The notes under the pieces: generated by a model
Database searches by the model: none
The model's input: the letters and a program-made list of their open reading frames with translations, nothing else
What the model was told of the DNA's origin: nothing
DNA from: Burkholderiales bacterium
Lineage (GTDB): Bacteria > Pseudomonadota > Gammaproteobacteria > Burkholderiales > JAEUOS01
Assembly (NCBI GenBank): GCA_965279115.1
Contig: OZ257137.1
Coordinates: 1,941,217 to 2,005,216, forward strand
Reading direction: 5' to 3'
Length of the DNA stretch: 64,000 nt
Position numbers and translations under genes: made by a program
Shown: positions 39,566 to 50,040 of the stretch, in pieces
Layout: every line of letters begins with the position of its first letter
Numbering within the stretch: the stretch's first letter is position 1

Positions 39566-41364
39566 TCAGCCCGCCTGCGCGGCAGGGGTGGCAAGCGAGA
39601 ATTCCACCACTGTGCCCACCCCGAGGCTGCTGCGCATGCGCACGTCACCGCCATGCGCACGCACGATCCGCCGTACCACCGACAAGCCCACCCCGGTACC
39701 GGCGAACTCGCTACGGGAATGCATGCGCTGGAAGGGCTGGAACAGCAGTTGCGCGCCGCGCATGTCGAATCCGGCGCCATTGTCCGCGACCCGATACCAG
39801 ACCACCCCGCTTTCCACATGCGCATCGACAGCGATCGCCGGTTGCGCCGCACGACCCGTGAACTTGAACGCGTTCTCCAGCAGGTTCTGCCACACCTGGC
39901 CCACCAGCACCGGATCGGCACTGGCCGGCGGCAGTGCGGAGACCCGGAAGTCGACGCGCTGGTCTGCGCGCCCCGCCGTAACGAGCTTCCATGCCTGTTC
40001 GGCCTCGGCGTTCATGTCGACCTCGCGCCTTTCGATGCGGGTCCGCCCGATCCTCGACAGGCGGGCAAGGCCTTCGAGCATGCCCGACATGCGCTCGACG
40101 GCGTTCTCGATCTGCCGTGCATTGCTGATGGCCGCTTCGACGTCCCCGTCCGCCAGGTCACCACGCAACATGCCGGCAAATCCGCCAATGGCCCGCAGCG
40201 GCGCGCGCAGGTCGTGCGAGACCGCGTCGGTGAATGCCTGAAGCGATTCCTCGCTCGCATCGGCCCGAGTGCGTTGTGCGGCGAGATCCTGCTCCTTGTC
40301 GCGCATCGCCGCGACCAGGGCCTCGAATTCCTCGCGCAGCGCCGCGTCGCCACGCAGCGACTCGCTGACCTCGCGCACAACGCTCAACACCTCCGGGGCC
40401 GCGCCGGTTTCGATGCGAGTACCGGACATCAGGAAGTAGGCGCGGGGGCTCCCTTCTGGTTGCCATTCGAAGGCCAGATTCTCGTACGTACCATGCTCTT
40501 CCAGCAGGCGGCGCGCCAGCGCCACGACGCCGGAACCGGAGAAGGCTGGCAGGTTCTCCACGCGACGGCCCAGCAGCGCGTCGCGCGGTAGGCGGGTCAG
40601 TCGGCAAAACGCATCGTTGGCCTCGACCAACCTGCCCGCGGATGTCACCATCATGGCATCCGGATTGCGCGTGAAAGCCTGGTCGAGCTTTTGCCTTGCT
40701 GTCGCAAGTTCGCGTTCGGCCGCCTCGCGGCGCTGCCGCTCAACGCGCAGTCGTGCGCGACGGTTACGCAGGCGCCATGCCAGCCAGGTCACGACCGCGC
40801 CCGCCAGCACAACCAGGCCGACGAGCAGCACGTTCTCCACCAGCACGCGCCGTTCCAGGCCGACCCGCACCGCGCTTTCGTGATGACTGGAGAGCCATTT
40901 GATGCGCAGTGCCTCAAGTCGCCCGTCGCGTTCGAGTTGCTCGATCAGGCCGTCGAGGCGCTGCTTCAACGCCTCGTTGCCAGGAGCGACGGCGAATCCA
41001 TAGGCCACTAGGCGCAGGCTGGCCTTGCTGGCCTCGACCCCCTCGACCACCTTGCGTGCGAGCAGGTCGTCGCGACGACGTCGATGCTTCGGTTCCGGAA
41101 CGCCGATTCTATGTCGCGCCAATCCTGCTGGCGGATCTCGAACGTCAACCCGCCGGCGCGCTCCAGTTCGCGCAGGAGCTCGACCTGAAATCCCTGCGGC
41201 TCGCCCCGCGCGTCCTGAAATTCGAATGGCGCGAAGGCGCGGTCGGCACCGTACACCAGTCGCGCCTGCGACCATGCGGGACCGACGGCGGTCGAAATCG
41301 CGATCGCCAGACAGGACCACAGGAGGGCGGCACGCACGATCCGCCGTGCGACGCTGCCGATCAT
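39566..41364 (-). pseudogene. Periplasmic-binding (PBPb)-TM-PAS histidine kinase, disrupted by an internal deletion plus frameshift near 41070
   Basis: Leader and PBPb start (RLVYGADRAFAPFEF...IDVVA) lie in one frame. PBPb end, TM, PAS, SHDLRAP, NAFKF, DNGAGF and GTGVGL lie in another frame. Confidence 0.75.
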
Positions 41365-41513
41365 TGCCCGGACCGCCGACAACCGCGACGGCCGCGCTCC
41401 GCGCGTCTTGAACCAGTCACCCGCATGCATCCCGATACTTTCCCCGCCCCTCCCCGGGGTCCGCAATCCGTACATTGCAAGGCCCGGCCGCAACTGCTCG
41501 GCCTGCGCGAAGT

Positions 41514-42632
41514 TCACCCCAGGCTGGCGTAGCGCTCCAGATGGTGGTCTGCGTCCCCAAACCGCTGCGCGATGGTGGTCAGGCGCCGAAAGGTATGCGA
41601 AACCTTCATCTCCTCGGTCATGCCCATGCCGCCGTGCAGCTGGATGGCTTCCTGGCTGATCTTGCGTGCCGCATCGGCGATGCGCACCTTCGCCGCGGAC
41701 ACGGCACGCGCGCGCTCGCGCGGGGCGGCGCCGCCGTCGATGCGGCAAGCCGCGAGAATGGCCATGGAACGCGCCTGCTCGCATTCGATGACCATGTCGA
41801 CCATGCGATGCTGCAGTGCCTGGAAGGCGCCAATGGGCGTGCCGAACTGCTTGCGCGTCTTGAGATATTCGAGGGTGGCGTCGCATGCGTACTTCATGGC
41901 GCCAACCCCGTCGGCGCAGAGCAGCGTGGTGGCGAAATCGAGGGCTTCGTCGATGGCGGCCTGCGCGCCACCCGCGGCCCCGACAAGCGCGTCCGCGCCC
42001 ACCATGACGCCGTCGAGGCGCACGTCACCGGCGCGCTGGCCATCCACCGTGCGGTACGCATTGATGCTCACACCGGCCGCGTCGCGATCGATCATGAACA
42101 GGCTGGCGCCGCCGTCGGTGGCGACCGACACCAGGATGTACTGCGCCAGCGGCGCGCCGATCACCACCGTTTTCTCGCCATCGATGCGCCACCCGACCCC
42201 ATCGCGCGCGGCCCTGGTGCCGGCTGGCGCGGTTTCGTAGCGCCGGCCGCGCTCCAGGTACGCGAAGGCGATGCGCCGGCTGCCGTCGATCACGCCCGGC
42301 AGCAGCGCCGCGCGCTGCGCCGCCGACCCGGTGCGCGCCAAAAGGCGCGCCGCCAGGCCCACGGAATCGAGCAAAGGCTCGACCACCAGCGCCTCGCCGC
42401 AGGCTTCCATCGCCGACATCAGGTCGACCGCGCCTCCGCCGAAGCCGCCATCCTCTTCGGCGAACGGAATGGCCGTCAGGCCCATCTCGGCAAACGCCGC
42501 CCACGCGGCTTCGCTGATGCCTGTCGGGGAATTGATGGCGGCCTTGCGCGCCTCGAACCCGTATTCATTGGCCAGGTACTTGCGCAAAGAGTCGGCAAGC
42601 AGTTGTTGTTCTTCGCTGAAATCGAAATCCAT
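41514..42632 (-). CDS. Acyl-CoA dehydrogenase small subunit (PimD-like)
   Basis: MDFDFSEEQ.LL, EPL, TRKQFG.PIG.FQALQHR, QLHGGMGMT, FGD.D.H. Confidence 0.88.
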   Translation of the reverse strand: MDFDFSEEQQLLADSLRKYLANEYGFEARKAAINSPTGISEAAWAAFAEMGLTAIPFAEEDGGFGGGAVDLMSAMEACGEALVVEPLLDSVGLAARLLARTGSAAQRAALLPGVIDGSRRIAFAYLERGRRYETAPAGTRAARDGVGWRIDGEKTVVIGAPLAQYILVSVATDGGASLFMIDRDAAGVSINAYRTVDGQRAGDVRLDGVMVGADALVGAAGGAQAAIDEALDFATTLLCADGVGAMKYACDATLEYLKTRKQFGTPIGAFQALQHRMVDMVIECEQARSMAILAACRIDGGAAPRERARAVSAAKVRIADAARKISQEAIQLHGGMGMTEEMKVSHTFRRLTTIAQRFGDADHHLERYASLG

Positions 42633-42645
42633 GGTGTTCTCCGCC

Positions 42646-43827
42646 TCAGAGCCCGAGCGTCATCTTGGCGATGATGTTGCGCTGGATTTCGTTGGAACCC
42701 GCATAGATGCTGGTCTTGCGGTAGTTGAAGTAACGCGGCGAATAGCGCGACACCACCGGGTCGACCGCGCCGCCATCCACGCCAGCGAAGGGCTGGGCCT
42801 CCGGGCCGGCCGCCTGCATCATCAGTTCGGTGATGGCCTGCTGCACCTCGGTTCCGCGGATCTTCAGCATGGACACATCCGCCCCGGGCGGCTGGCCGGT
42901 CTTGCGCATCTTGTCGAGAAAGCGCATCGCGGTGAGTTCAAGCGCGTCGAGTTCGATTTCAGTGCGCGACAGGCGGTCGCGGAAACGCGCGTCGTCCATC
43001 AGCGGTCGGCCGCCTTTCTGCTCGCGCGCGGCCAGTGCGCGCAGCGCCGCCAGTTCGCGCCTTGATGCGCCCACGCTGGCGCTACCCATGCGTTCGTGCC
43101 CCAGCAGGTACTTGGCCACCGTCCAGCCCTTGTTCTCTTCGTAGATCAGGTTTTCGACCGGCACCTTCACGTCATCGAAGAATATCTCGTTGACCTCATG
43201 TCCGCCGTCCATCAGGATCAGCGGCCGCACGGTGATGCCCGGGGTCTTCATGTCGATCAACAGGAAGCTGATGCCCTCCTGGCGCTTGGCCACCGAGGCA
43301 TCGGTGCGCACCAGGCAGAAGATCCAGTCGCCGTAGTGTCCCAGCGTGGTCCAGATCTTCTGGCCGTTGACGAGGTAATGGTCGCCCTGCCGATCGGCTC
43401 GGGTCTTGAGCGCCGCCAGGTCGGACCCGGCGCCGGGCTCCGAATAGCCCTGTACCCAGAAATCCTCGCCTTCACGAATGCGCGGCAGGAAACGCTCCTT
43501 CTGCGCCGGTGTGCCGAATCGCAACAGCACCGAGGCGCACATGTTGGGGCCGAAAGGCGGCAGGTTGGGCGCGCCGGCCACGCCAAACTCCTCCTCGAAG
43601 ATGTAGCGCTGGGTGATGTTCCAGCCAGTGCCTCCCCATTCCTTTGGCCAGTGCGGCACCGACCAGCCCTTGGCGGCCAGGATCTTGTGCCAGCGGATGA
43701 AATCCTCGCGCGCCAGGTGGCGATAGGTGGTGACCTTCTCGCGAATGTCGGCCGGCAGGTTGGCGGCAAGCCAGGCCCGCACCTCCTGGCGAAAGGTCTC
43801 TTCTTCAATTGAGTAGTTCAAATCCAT
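42646..43827 (-). CDS. Acyl-CoA dehydrogenase large subunit (PimC-like)
   Basis: QGYSEPGAGSDLA, NGQKIWTT, HEVNE.FF, AKYLL.HER, SIYAGSNEIQRNII. Confidence 0.9.
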   Translation of the reverse strand: MDLNYSIEEETFRQEVRAWLAANLPADIREKVTTYRHLAREDFIRWHKILAAKGWSVPHWPKEWGGTGWNITQRYIFEEEFGVAGAPNLPPFGPNMCASVLLRFGTPAQKERFLPRIREGEDFWVQGYSEPGAGSDLAALKTRADRQGDHYLVNGQKIWTTLGHYGDWIFCLVRTDASVAKRQEGISFLLIDMKTPGITVRPLILMDGGHEVNEIFFDDVKVPVENLIYEENKGWTVAKYLLGHERMGSASVGASRRELAALRALAAREQKGGRPLMDDARFRDRLSRTEIELDALELTAMRFLDKMRKTGQPPGADVSMLKIRGTEVQQAITELMMQAAGPEAQPFAGVDGGAVDPVVSRYSPRYFNYRKTSIYAGSNEIQRNIIAKMTLGL

Positions 43828-44046
43828 TCGAGTCTCCATGTGGCGCCAGTCGCCAGCGAACGCAATCAACAGGAATCGCGGCAGCCTGGATCAATCGCGC
43901 AATTTTTAAAGCATTGTAAATGACCAGTCCTGACGTTATTATTCGCCGCCAATCTGGTTATATTGACCATATCATCCAAACAACAACCATCGCTCATTGC
44001 CAACCGGTTTTTCGCAACTCCGGCACGACGAAGGTACATTTTTGAC

Positions 44047-46098
44047 ATGGACAATAGCGACCAGGCCACGCAGCGCATTGCCCCCGCAGAAGGCGGATCG
44101 CTCTATTTGCAGGCGTTCGACGCCCTGCCCATGGGCATTGTGTTTCAGGATGCCCAAGGCGCGATCACCCAGGCAAATCCCGCGGCGCAGCGGATCCTCG
44201 GAATGAGTTTCGACCGGATGCGCGGCGTGACTTCGGTCGACCCGCGCTGGCGGACCGTTCGCGAAGATGGCACACCGTTCCCCGGCACCGAGCACCCCGC
44301 GATGGTGGCATTGCGAACCGGCAAGCCGGTCGTCGACGTGCGCATGGGCGTGCACAATCCGCAACGCGAAGCCATTGCGTGGATCAACGTCAAGGCTTTC
44401 CCGATATTCGCCAAGCATTCCGGCGCCATTCAGGGCGTTTTTGCACTGTTCGAAGACATCACTCACAGCCTGGTCGCCGAGCGCGACCTCGCCATGCAGG
44501 AGAAGCGGCTCGCCGCGCTGATCTCGGCCACGCCTGTCGGAGTCTTCGAAACCGATGCTGCGGGCAGGTGCACCTTCGTCAACACGCGCTGGGCTGAGAT
44601 CGCCGGGATTCCTGCTCATGACGCCCTGGGCGATGGCTGGACCGCGGCCCTGCATCCGGACGACAAGGAAAAGATCTTTACCGAATGGCGCAAAGCAGCA
44701 TCCAACGCATATCCCTTCAGGCTCGAGTATCGTTTCCGGGATCCTGCCGGACAGATCACCTGGGTGCTGGGACAGACCCGCAAGCTCACCGGTGCCGGGG
44801 GGCAGATCGAAGGCTTCGTCGGCACCATCACCGACATCACTGAGCGCAAGCTGGCTGAAGCCGAACTGGCGGCACATCGCCAGCGTCTGGAAAAAATGGT
44901 CGAGGAGCGTACGGCGGAACTGTCGCTGGCCAAGGAAGCCGCCGAAGCGGCCAATCAGGTCAAGACCGCATTCCTGGCCAACGTGAGCCACGAATTGCGC
45001 ACCCCGCTGCACGCCATCATCGGCATGACCTCGATCGCGCAATCGCGCGCCACCGACGAGGCGCAGAAGGAAACCCTGGGTGCGGTCATGCGCGCGGCCC
45101 GCCAGCTCGGCGTTCTTGTCAGCGACCTGCTCGATATTTCACGCATCGAAACGCGTCGGCTCGCGCTCGCCGAGGAATATTTCGAGCTGAGCGAAGTCCT
45201 TGATACCCCGACCAGCATCTCGCGGCGCGCGGCATTTGAAAAATGCCTGAGCTTCGAGGTGGAAGTCGATCCCGAACTGGCCAGGACGCCATTTCGCGGC
45301 GACGCGTCGAGGTTGAGGCAGGTCTTGCTGAACCTAACCAGCAACGCGGTCAAATTCACCGCCGCAGGGGGAATTCGCGTCAAGGCGTCGCTCGCGGAGG
45401 ACGGGACCGCGGACGCACTGTTGCGCTTCGAAGTCGCGGACTCCGGCATCGGCATCGATGCGGCCGACCAGGCGCGGCTGTTCGGCATGTTCGAACATGG
45501 CAAGGAGCCCTCGGGCAACCAGCAGGTCGGTGCAGGCCTTGGGCTGGATCTGTCCCGCCGCCTTGCCCAAGCGATGGGGGGCGCCATTGGCATGCAAAGC
45601 ACCGCGGGCAAAGGCAGCCTGTTCTGGTTTACCGCGCGGGTCAGGAAGGAGCGGGCAAAGCCGCTCGGCGCGATGGCGGCCGACGGCGCCGGCGTTGCGC
45701 GCAAAGCGCTGCAAAGCGGCCACGGCGACAAGCGCCTGCTGATCGTTGACGACAACGAAGACAACCGCGCCTTGCTGCAGGCCCAGCTCAAACCTGTCTG
45801 GCAGGCAATCGACGCCGCCGCCAATGGATCCGAGGCCCTCGACATGGCAAGGCAGCGACGCTACGACCTCATCCTGATGGACATGCGCATGCCCCGCATG
45901 GACGGACTGGAAGCCACGCGCCGTATCCGCCAGTTGCCCGGTTGGGCCGGTGTACCGATCATTGCGATGACAGCCAACGTGTATCCGGAAGACCGTGAGC
46001 GTTGCCTGGCCGCCGGCATGAACGACTTCATCCCCAAGGCGGTCAATGCCGAGGCGCCGTTCGAGATGATCCTGAAGTGGCTTGAATCGACCGCTTAA
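44047..46098 (+). CDS. Hybrid sensor kinase PAS-PAS-HisKA-HATPase-REC
   Basis: Two PAS/PAC units; FLANVSHELRTP, NAVKF, DSGIG; REC with VDDN, LMDMRMP, AMTA. Confidence 0.9.
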   Translation: MDNSDQATQRIAPAEGGSLYLQAFDALPMGIVFQDAQGAITQANPAAQRILGMSFDRMRGVTSVDPRWRTVREDGTPFPGTEHPAMVALRTGKPVVDVRMGVHNPQREAIAWINVKAFPIFAKHSGAIQGVFALFEDITHSLVAERDLAMQEKRLAALISATPVGVFETDAAGRCTFVNTRWAEIAGIPAHDALGDGWTAALHPDDKEKIFTEWRKAASNAYPFRLEYRFRDPAGQITWVLGQTRKLTGAGGQIEGFVGTITDITERKLAEAELAAHRQRLEKMVEERTAELSLAKEAAEAANQVKTAFLANVSHELRTPLHAIIGMTSIAQSRATDEAQKETLGAVMRAARQLGVLVSDLLDISRIETRRLALAEEYFELSEVLDTPTSISRRAAFEKCLSFEVEVDPELARTPFRGDASRLRQVLLNLTSNAVKFTAAGGIRVKASLAEDGTADALLRFEVADSGIGIDAADQARLFGMFEHGKEPSGNQQVGAGLGLDLSRRLAQAMGGAIGMQSTAGKGSLFWFTARVRKERAKPLGAMAADGAGVARKALQSGHGDKRLLIVDDNEDNRALLQAQLKPVWQAIDAAANGSEALDMARQRRYDLILMDMRMPRMDGLEATRRIRQLPGWAGVPIIAMTANVYPEDRERCLAAGMNDFIPKAVNAEAPFEMILKWLESTA

Positions 46099-46172
46099 GC
46101 AACCCTCGCGCGCCCAGACCCGCGCCGTGAATCGGTGGCATTCTTCGGACTTTGCGATCGACGAGCCTGAAG

Positions 46173-47321
46173 ATGACCGAAACCGCCATCATGCCCTTCA
46201 ATCTCGCCGTGCCGGCGTCGGCCATCGACGACCTGCACGCGCGGCTGGATCGCATCCGCTGGCCCGACGAGGCACCGGATGTCCCGTGGGCGTATGGAAG
46301 CTCGCTAGCCTTCATGCGTGAGCTGGCCGCCTACTGGCGCCACAAATACGACTGGCGCACGACCGAAACCGCCCTCAATGCATGCCCGCAATTCAAGACC
46401 GCGATCGACGGCATCGAGGTGCACTTCCTGCATGTGCCCGGCAAGGGGCCCGATCCCAAGCCTTTGCTGTTGTCGCACGGCTGGCCGGGATCGATCCTGG
46501 AATTCATGAAACTGATTCCGCTGCTCACCGATCCGGCGGCACATGGCGGCAAGGCGGACGACGCCTTCACGGTGGTGGTGCCATCACTGCCCGGATACAC
46601 GCTGTCGTTCCGTGAAGGCCAGCCTCGCATGGCACTGCCGGCCATCGGCGCGATCTTCGATACCCTCATGCATGAGCGCCTGGGATACCGCCGCTATGCC
46701 GCGCAGGGCGGCGACTGGGGCTCCTTCGTCACCGCCTGGCTGGGCGCGAATCGCGCGGAACACGTCCGCGGCATCCACCTCAACTTCCTGCCGCTGCGAC
46801 GCGATGCCGCCATGTTCGCCAACCCGACCGAGGCCGAGAGCCGTTACATCAAGGAACTCGAGATCTTCCTCAAGGAGGAAGCCGGCTACCAGATGATCCA
46901 GGGCACGCGGCCGCAGACGCTCGCCTTCGGGCTTGCCGATTCACCCATCGGCCTGGCGGCATGGATCACCGAAAAGTACCGCGCCTGGACCGATTGCGAC
47001 GGCGACCCGCGCAATGCGCTTTCGATGGACGAGATGCTCGGCAACATTTCACTTTACTGGTTCACCAACTGCATCGGCGCCTCGTTCTGGCCCTACTACG
47101 CGCGCATGCACTCGCAATGGCCGATCGACGGCCGCATCGGGGTGCCCGCAGGCTATTGCGAGTTTCCGCGCGAGATCCTGCGGCCGCCGCGCGAAGCGGC
47201 CGAGCGTGTCTTCAACATCCGGCGCTGGACGGTGGAACCCAAGGGCGGGCATTTCGCCGCCATGGAGCAGCCCGAGGCGCTCGCGCGCGAGATCCGCGCG
47301 TTCTTCCGCGACCTGCCTTAG
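46173..47321 (+). CDS. Epoxide hydrolase (EHN + alpha/beta hydrolase)
   Basis: YWR..YDW, HGWPGS, PSLPGY, QGGDWGS, DSP.GLAAWI.EK, GGHFAA.EQP. Confidence 0.9.
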   Translation: MTETAIMPFNLAVPASAIDDLHARLDRIRWPDEAPDVPWAYGSSLAFMRELAAYWRHKYDWRTTETALNACPQFKTAIDGIEVHFLHVPGKGPDPKPLLLSHGWPGSILEFMKLIPLLTDPAAHGGKADDAFTVVVPSLPGYTLSFREGQPRMALPAIGAIFDTLMHERLGYRRYAAQGGDWGSFVTAWLGANRAEHVRGIHLNFLPLRRDAAMFANPTEAESRYIKELEIFLKEEAGYQMIQGTRPQTLAFGLADSPIGLAAWITEKYRAWTDCDGDPRNALSMDEMLGNISLYWFTNCIGASFWPYYARMHSQWPIDGRIGVPAGYCEFPREILRPPREAAERVFNIRRWTVEPKGGHFAAMEQPEALAREIRAFFRDLP

Positions 47322-47324
47322 GCG

Positions 47325-48092
47325 CTACTGCCAGCGCAGCAGGTACTTCTCCAGCCGCGTCATGCCGCGCACCACCGCCACCCCCAGCAGCGAGAGCAGC
47401 AGCAGCAGCGCGAACACGCCGTCGATGTGGAAGGTCGAGCTGAGATACGAAAGCGTCTGGCCCAATCCGTGCTCGGAGGCGATGATCTCGCCGCCCACCA
47501 CGCCGAGCAGCGCGTAGATCAGCCCGAGGCGCAGGCCGGAGAAGATCACCGGCACGGCGCCCGGCAGGGTGACGAGGAAAAACAGTTGCGACGGCGTCGC
47601 CCCGAGCGTGCGCGACAGCGTCACATGGTCCTGGTTGACGCCGCGGATGCCCGCGACTGTTGAAGAAAGCACGATGAAGAAGGTCAGGCTGAAGCCGACC
47701 GCGATCTTGGAGCCGACCCCCAGCCCGAACCAGAGTATGAAAAGCGGTGCGAGCGCGATGCGCGGCATTGCATTGAGCGCACTGAAGTAGGGTTCCAGGA
47801 AATGCTCGACCTTCGGGTACATCACGAACGTCAGCGCCACCGCCACTGCGGACACGCTGCCAAGCACGAACGCGGACAAGGTTCCAAGCGCCGTCCAGCC
47901 GAAGTCGATGACGAGCTTGGGCGAAGCGAAGAGGTTTTCCCACAGGTATTTCCAGATTCCGCCGGGATGGCCGAAGAAAGCCGGGTTGAGCAGTTTCCGG
48001 CTGGCCGCCCATTCCCACAGCGCCAGGACCACAAGGATGAAAACGATATGCGGCATCAGCGCGCGCAGCCCGCCGGCATTCCGGTCATCCAT
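47325..48092 (-). CDS. ABC transporter permease (NitT/TauT family)
   Basis: P.IALAPL..WFG.G, EAA-like LGA...F..V.LP, GE.I....GLG. Confidence 0.9.
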   Translation of the reverse strand: MDDRNAGGLRALMPHIVFILVVLALWEWAASRKLLNPAFFGHPGGIWKYLWENLFASPKLVIDFGWTALGTLSAFVLGSVSAVAVALTFVMYPKVEHFLEPYFSALNAMPRIALAPLFILWFGLGVGSKIAVGFSLTFFIVLSSTVAGIRGVNQDHVTLSRTLGATPSQLFFLVTLPGAVPVIFSGLRLGLIYALLGVVGGEIIASEHGLGQTLSYLSSTFHIDGVFALLLLLSLLGVAVVRGMTRLEKYLLRWQ

Positions 48093-48870
48093 TGGCTACC
48101 TCCTCGATGTCGTTGCCACCCCAGCCCGATTCAAGATGGGTCCACACCTTGGCATACAGCTCATGGAACGCAGGGTCCTTTTGCAAGGCGCGCACCGAGC
48201 GCGGACGCGGCAGGTCGATCGGCACATCGGCGACGATACGCCCGGGGCGCGCCGACATGATGATCACGCGGTCCGACAGGGCCACCGCCTCGGCGAGGTC
48301 GTGGGTGACGAACACAACGGTGCGCTTTTCCTCCTGGTACAACTGCAACAACTGGTCCTCCAGGGTGAGCTTGGTCTGCGCGTCGAGCGCGCCGAAGGGC
48401 TCGTCCATCAGGAGCAGTGGCGCGTCCAGGGCAAAGGTGCGCGCCAGCGCCACCCGCTGGCGCATGCCGTGCGACAAGGCCTTGGGCAGCGCGTGCTCGA
48501 AGCTTCCCAGGCCCACCCGCGCCAGCATCGCACGGGCGCGCGCCTCGCGCTCCGGCTTGGGCACGCCCCGCACCTGCATGCCGTAGCTGGCGTTGCCGAG
48601 CGCGTCGCGCCAGGGCAGGAGACTGTCGCGTGCCAGCTGGTAGGCAATGCCCTGATGCCCCAGGGTGGGCGCGCCGCCCAGCACCTCGATGCTGCCCGCG
48701 GCCGGTACCGGCACCAGTCCTGCCATCAGGTTGAGCAGCGTGGTCTTGCCACAACCCGAAGGGCCCACCAGCGACACGAATTCGCGTTCGCCGATCGCAA
48801 GCGACACGCGATCGAGCACCGTCTTGCCGGCCTCAAAGGCCAGCGAGAGGTCGCGTACGGCGACGCTCAC
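48085..48870 (-). CDS. ABC transporter ATP-binding protein (NitT/TauT family)
   Basis: Walker A GPSGCGKT, signature LSHGMRQR, LLMDEPFGALD, VTHD. Confidence 0.92.
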   Translation of the reverse strand: MSVAVRDLSLAFEAGKTVLDRVSLAIGEREFVSLVGPSGCGKTTLLNLMAGLVPVPAAGSIEVLGGAPTLGHQGIAYQLARDSLLPWRDALGNASYGMQVRGVPKPEREARARAMLARVGLGSFEHALPKALSHGMRQRVALARTFALDAPLLLMDEPFGALDAQTKLTLEDQLLQLYQEEKRTVVFVTHDLAEAVALSDRVIIMSARPGRIVADVPIDLPRPRSVRALQKDPAFHELYAKVWTHLESGWGGNDIEEVANG

Positions 48871-49880
48871 CGCTTGTAGGCCATGCGCGAGGTGTCAAAC
48901 GGCTGCGGCATCTGCCCGGCATGGCGCAGGTAGTCCGCCACCGCCTGGAAGGCCTTGGGATCGAAGTCGCCGCCATAGGCACGGGCATCGACCGCGATGC
49001 GAATCGCCGCGGCGGTGATCGCCTCGCCGTGCGGGCCTTCGAACTTGAAGAAACTCTGCGAGATCTGCGTCATTTCCGCCATGTTGGCGGGGTTGTTGAC
49101 GAACACGTTGCCATCCGCGAGCGCCTTGTTGAACGCTTCGACCACATGCGGATTCTTCTGCGCCCAGTCGCCGCGCACGGCGTTGGTCACCGCGGCCGGT
49201 CCCATGGCGATGAGCTCTTTCGGGCCGCTGCCCGCGCGTGGATCGACCAGCACGCGGCAGGCCTTGGTCACCTCGCAGATGGCGCCGAACGGCTCGAAGG
49301 TGACCACCGCGTCGATCTGCTTGTTCGACAGCGCGGGAAAAGCCGTGTTGGGCGCGCCGGCGGCAACGATGGTGACATCCGCCGCGGACATACCCGCGCC
49401 CTTGAGCATGTCCACCAGCTGCTGCTCGGCGCCCGAGCCGCGCGAGGTGACACCGACCTTCTTGCCCTTGAGGTCCTGCATCACCGCGGGATAGCCCCTG
49501 GACGCATTTGGCGTTTCGAGGTGATTGCCGGCGACCACGAAAAAGATCGGCGTACGCACACCATTGACCGGCAGGATCTTCAGGTCAGCGCCGCGCGCCG
49601 CCCCGAGGATGAAAACCTCCGAAGCCGTGAATACGACCTCGATATCGCCGGCCAGCAGGGTCTGCACCGCCAGCGGTCCGGTGGGGATGATCTTCGACTC
49701 GCACTTGATGCCGTACTTCTCGCAATAGCCCTTGCGGATGGCCACGCGCAAGGGCATGTTGCCGATGCCGGGCGCATCCGCCACCCGCACCGTCTCGCCC
49801 TTGCCCTGCGCGAATGCCAGGCAGGGAATCATGGCCGACGCGAACGCCAGCCCCTTCACAATGCGTGAAATCCGGTTCAT
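48867..49880 (-). CDS. ABC transporter substrate-binding protein (NMT1/SsuA-like)
   Basis: Signal peptide; DLKGKKVGV..RGS, IDA...EP. Same operon as the ATPase and permease. Confidence 0.85.
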   Translation of the reverse strand: MNRISRIVKGLAFASAMIPCLAFAQGKGETVRVADAPGIGNMPLRVAIRKGYCEKYGIKCESKIIPTGPLAVQTLLAGDIEVVFTASEVFILGAARGADLKILPVNGVRTPIFFVVAGNHLETPNASRGYPAVMQDLKGKKVGVTSRGSGAEQQLVDMLKGAGMSAADVTIVAAGAPNTAFPALSNKQIDAVVTFEPFGAICEVTKACRVLVDPRAGSGPKELIAMGPAAVTNAVRGDWAQKNPHVVEAFNKALADGNVFVNNPANMAEMTQISQSFFKFEGPHGEAITAAAIRIAVDARAYGGDFDPKAFQAVADYLRHAGQMPQPFDTSRMAYKR

Positions 49881-50040
49881 TTTGTCTCCTGATGCGGCAT
49901 TTGTTTTTGGGTAGAACGCGCCGGCAATCCTACTGCATAAACGGCCGCGGAGAAACTCCGGCGCGACCCGCAAGAGGTTGCGCGGCGCGCACGGAGACGT
50001 TAACTTGCCGACGCGAATAGACAATCACGGAGACAACCCG

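Noticed and set aside
39454-39921. Long N-terminal extension of the PanB-like ORF
   Set aside because: Overlaps the kinase gene in another frame; an AAGGAG RBS supports ATG 39453.
43870-44046. AT-rich tract as a possible sRNA or mobile-element end
   Set aside because: No clear hairpin, terminal repeat or target duplication; consistent with a divergent promoter region.
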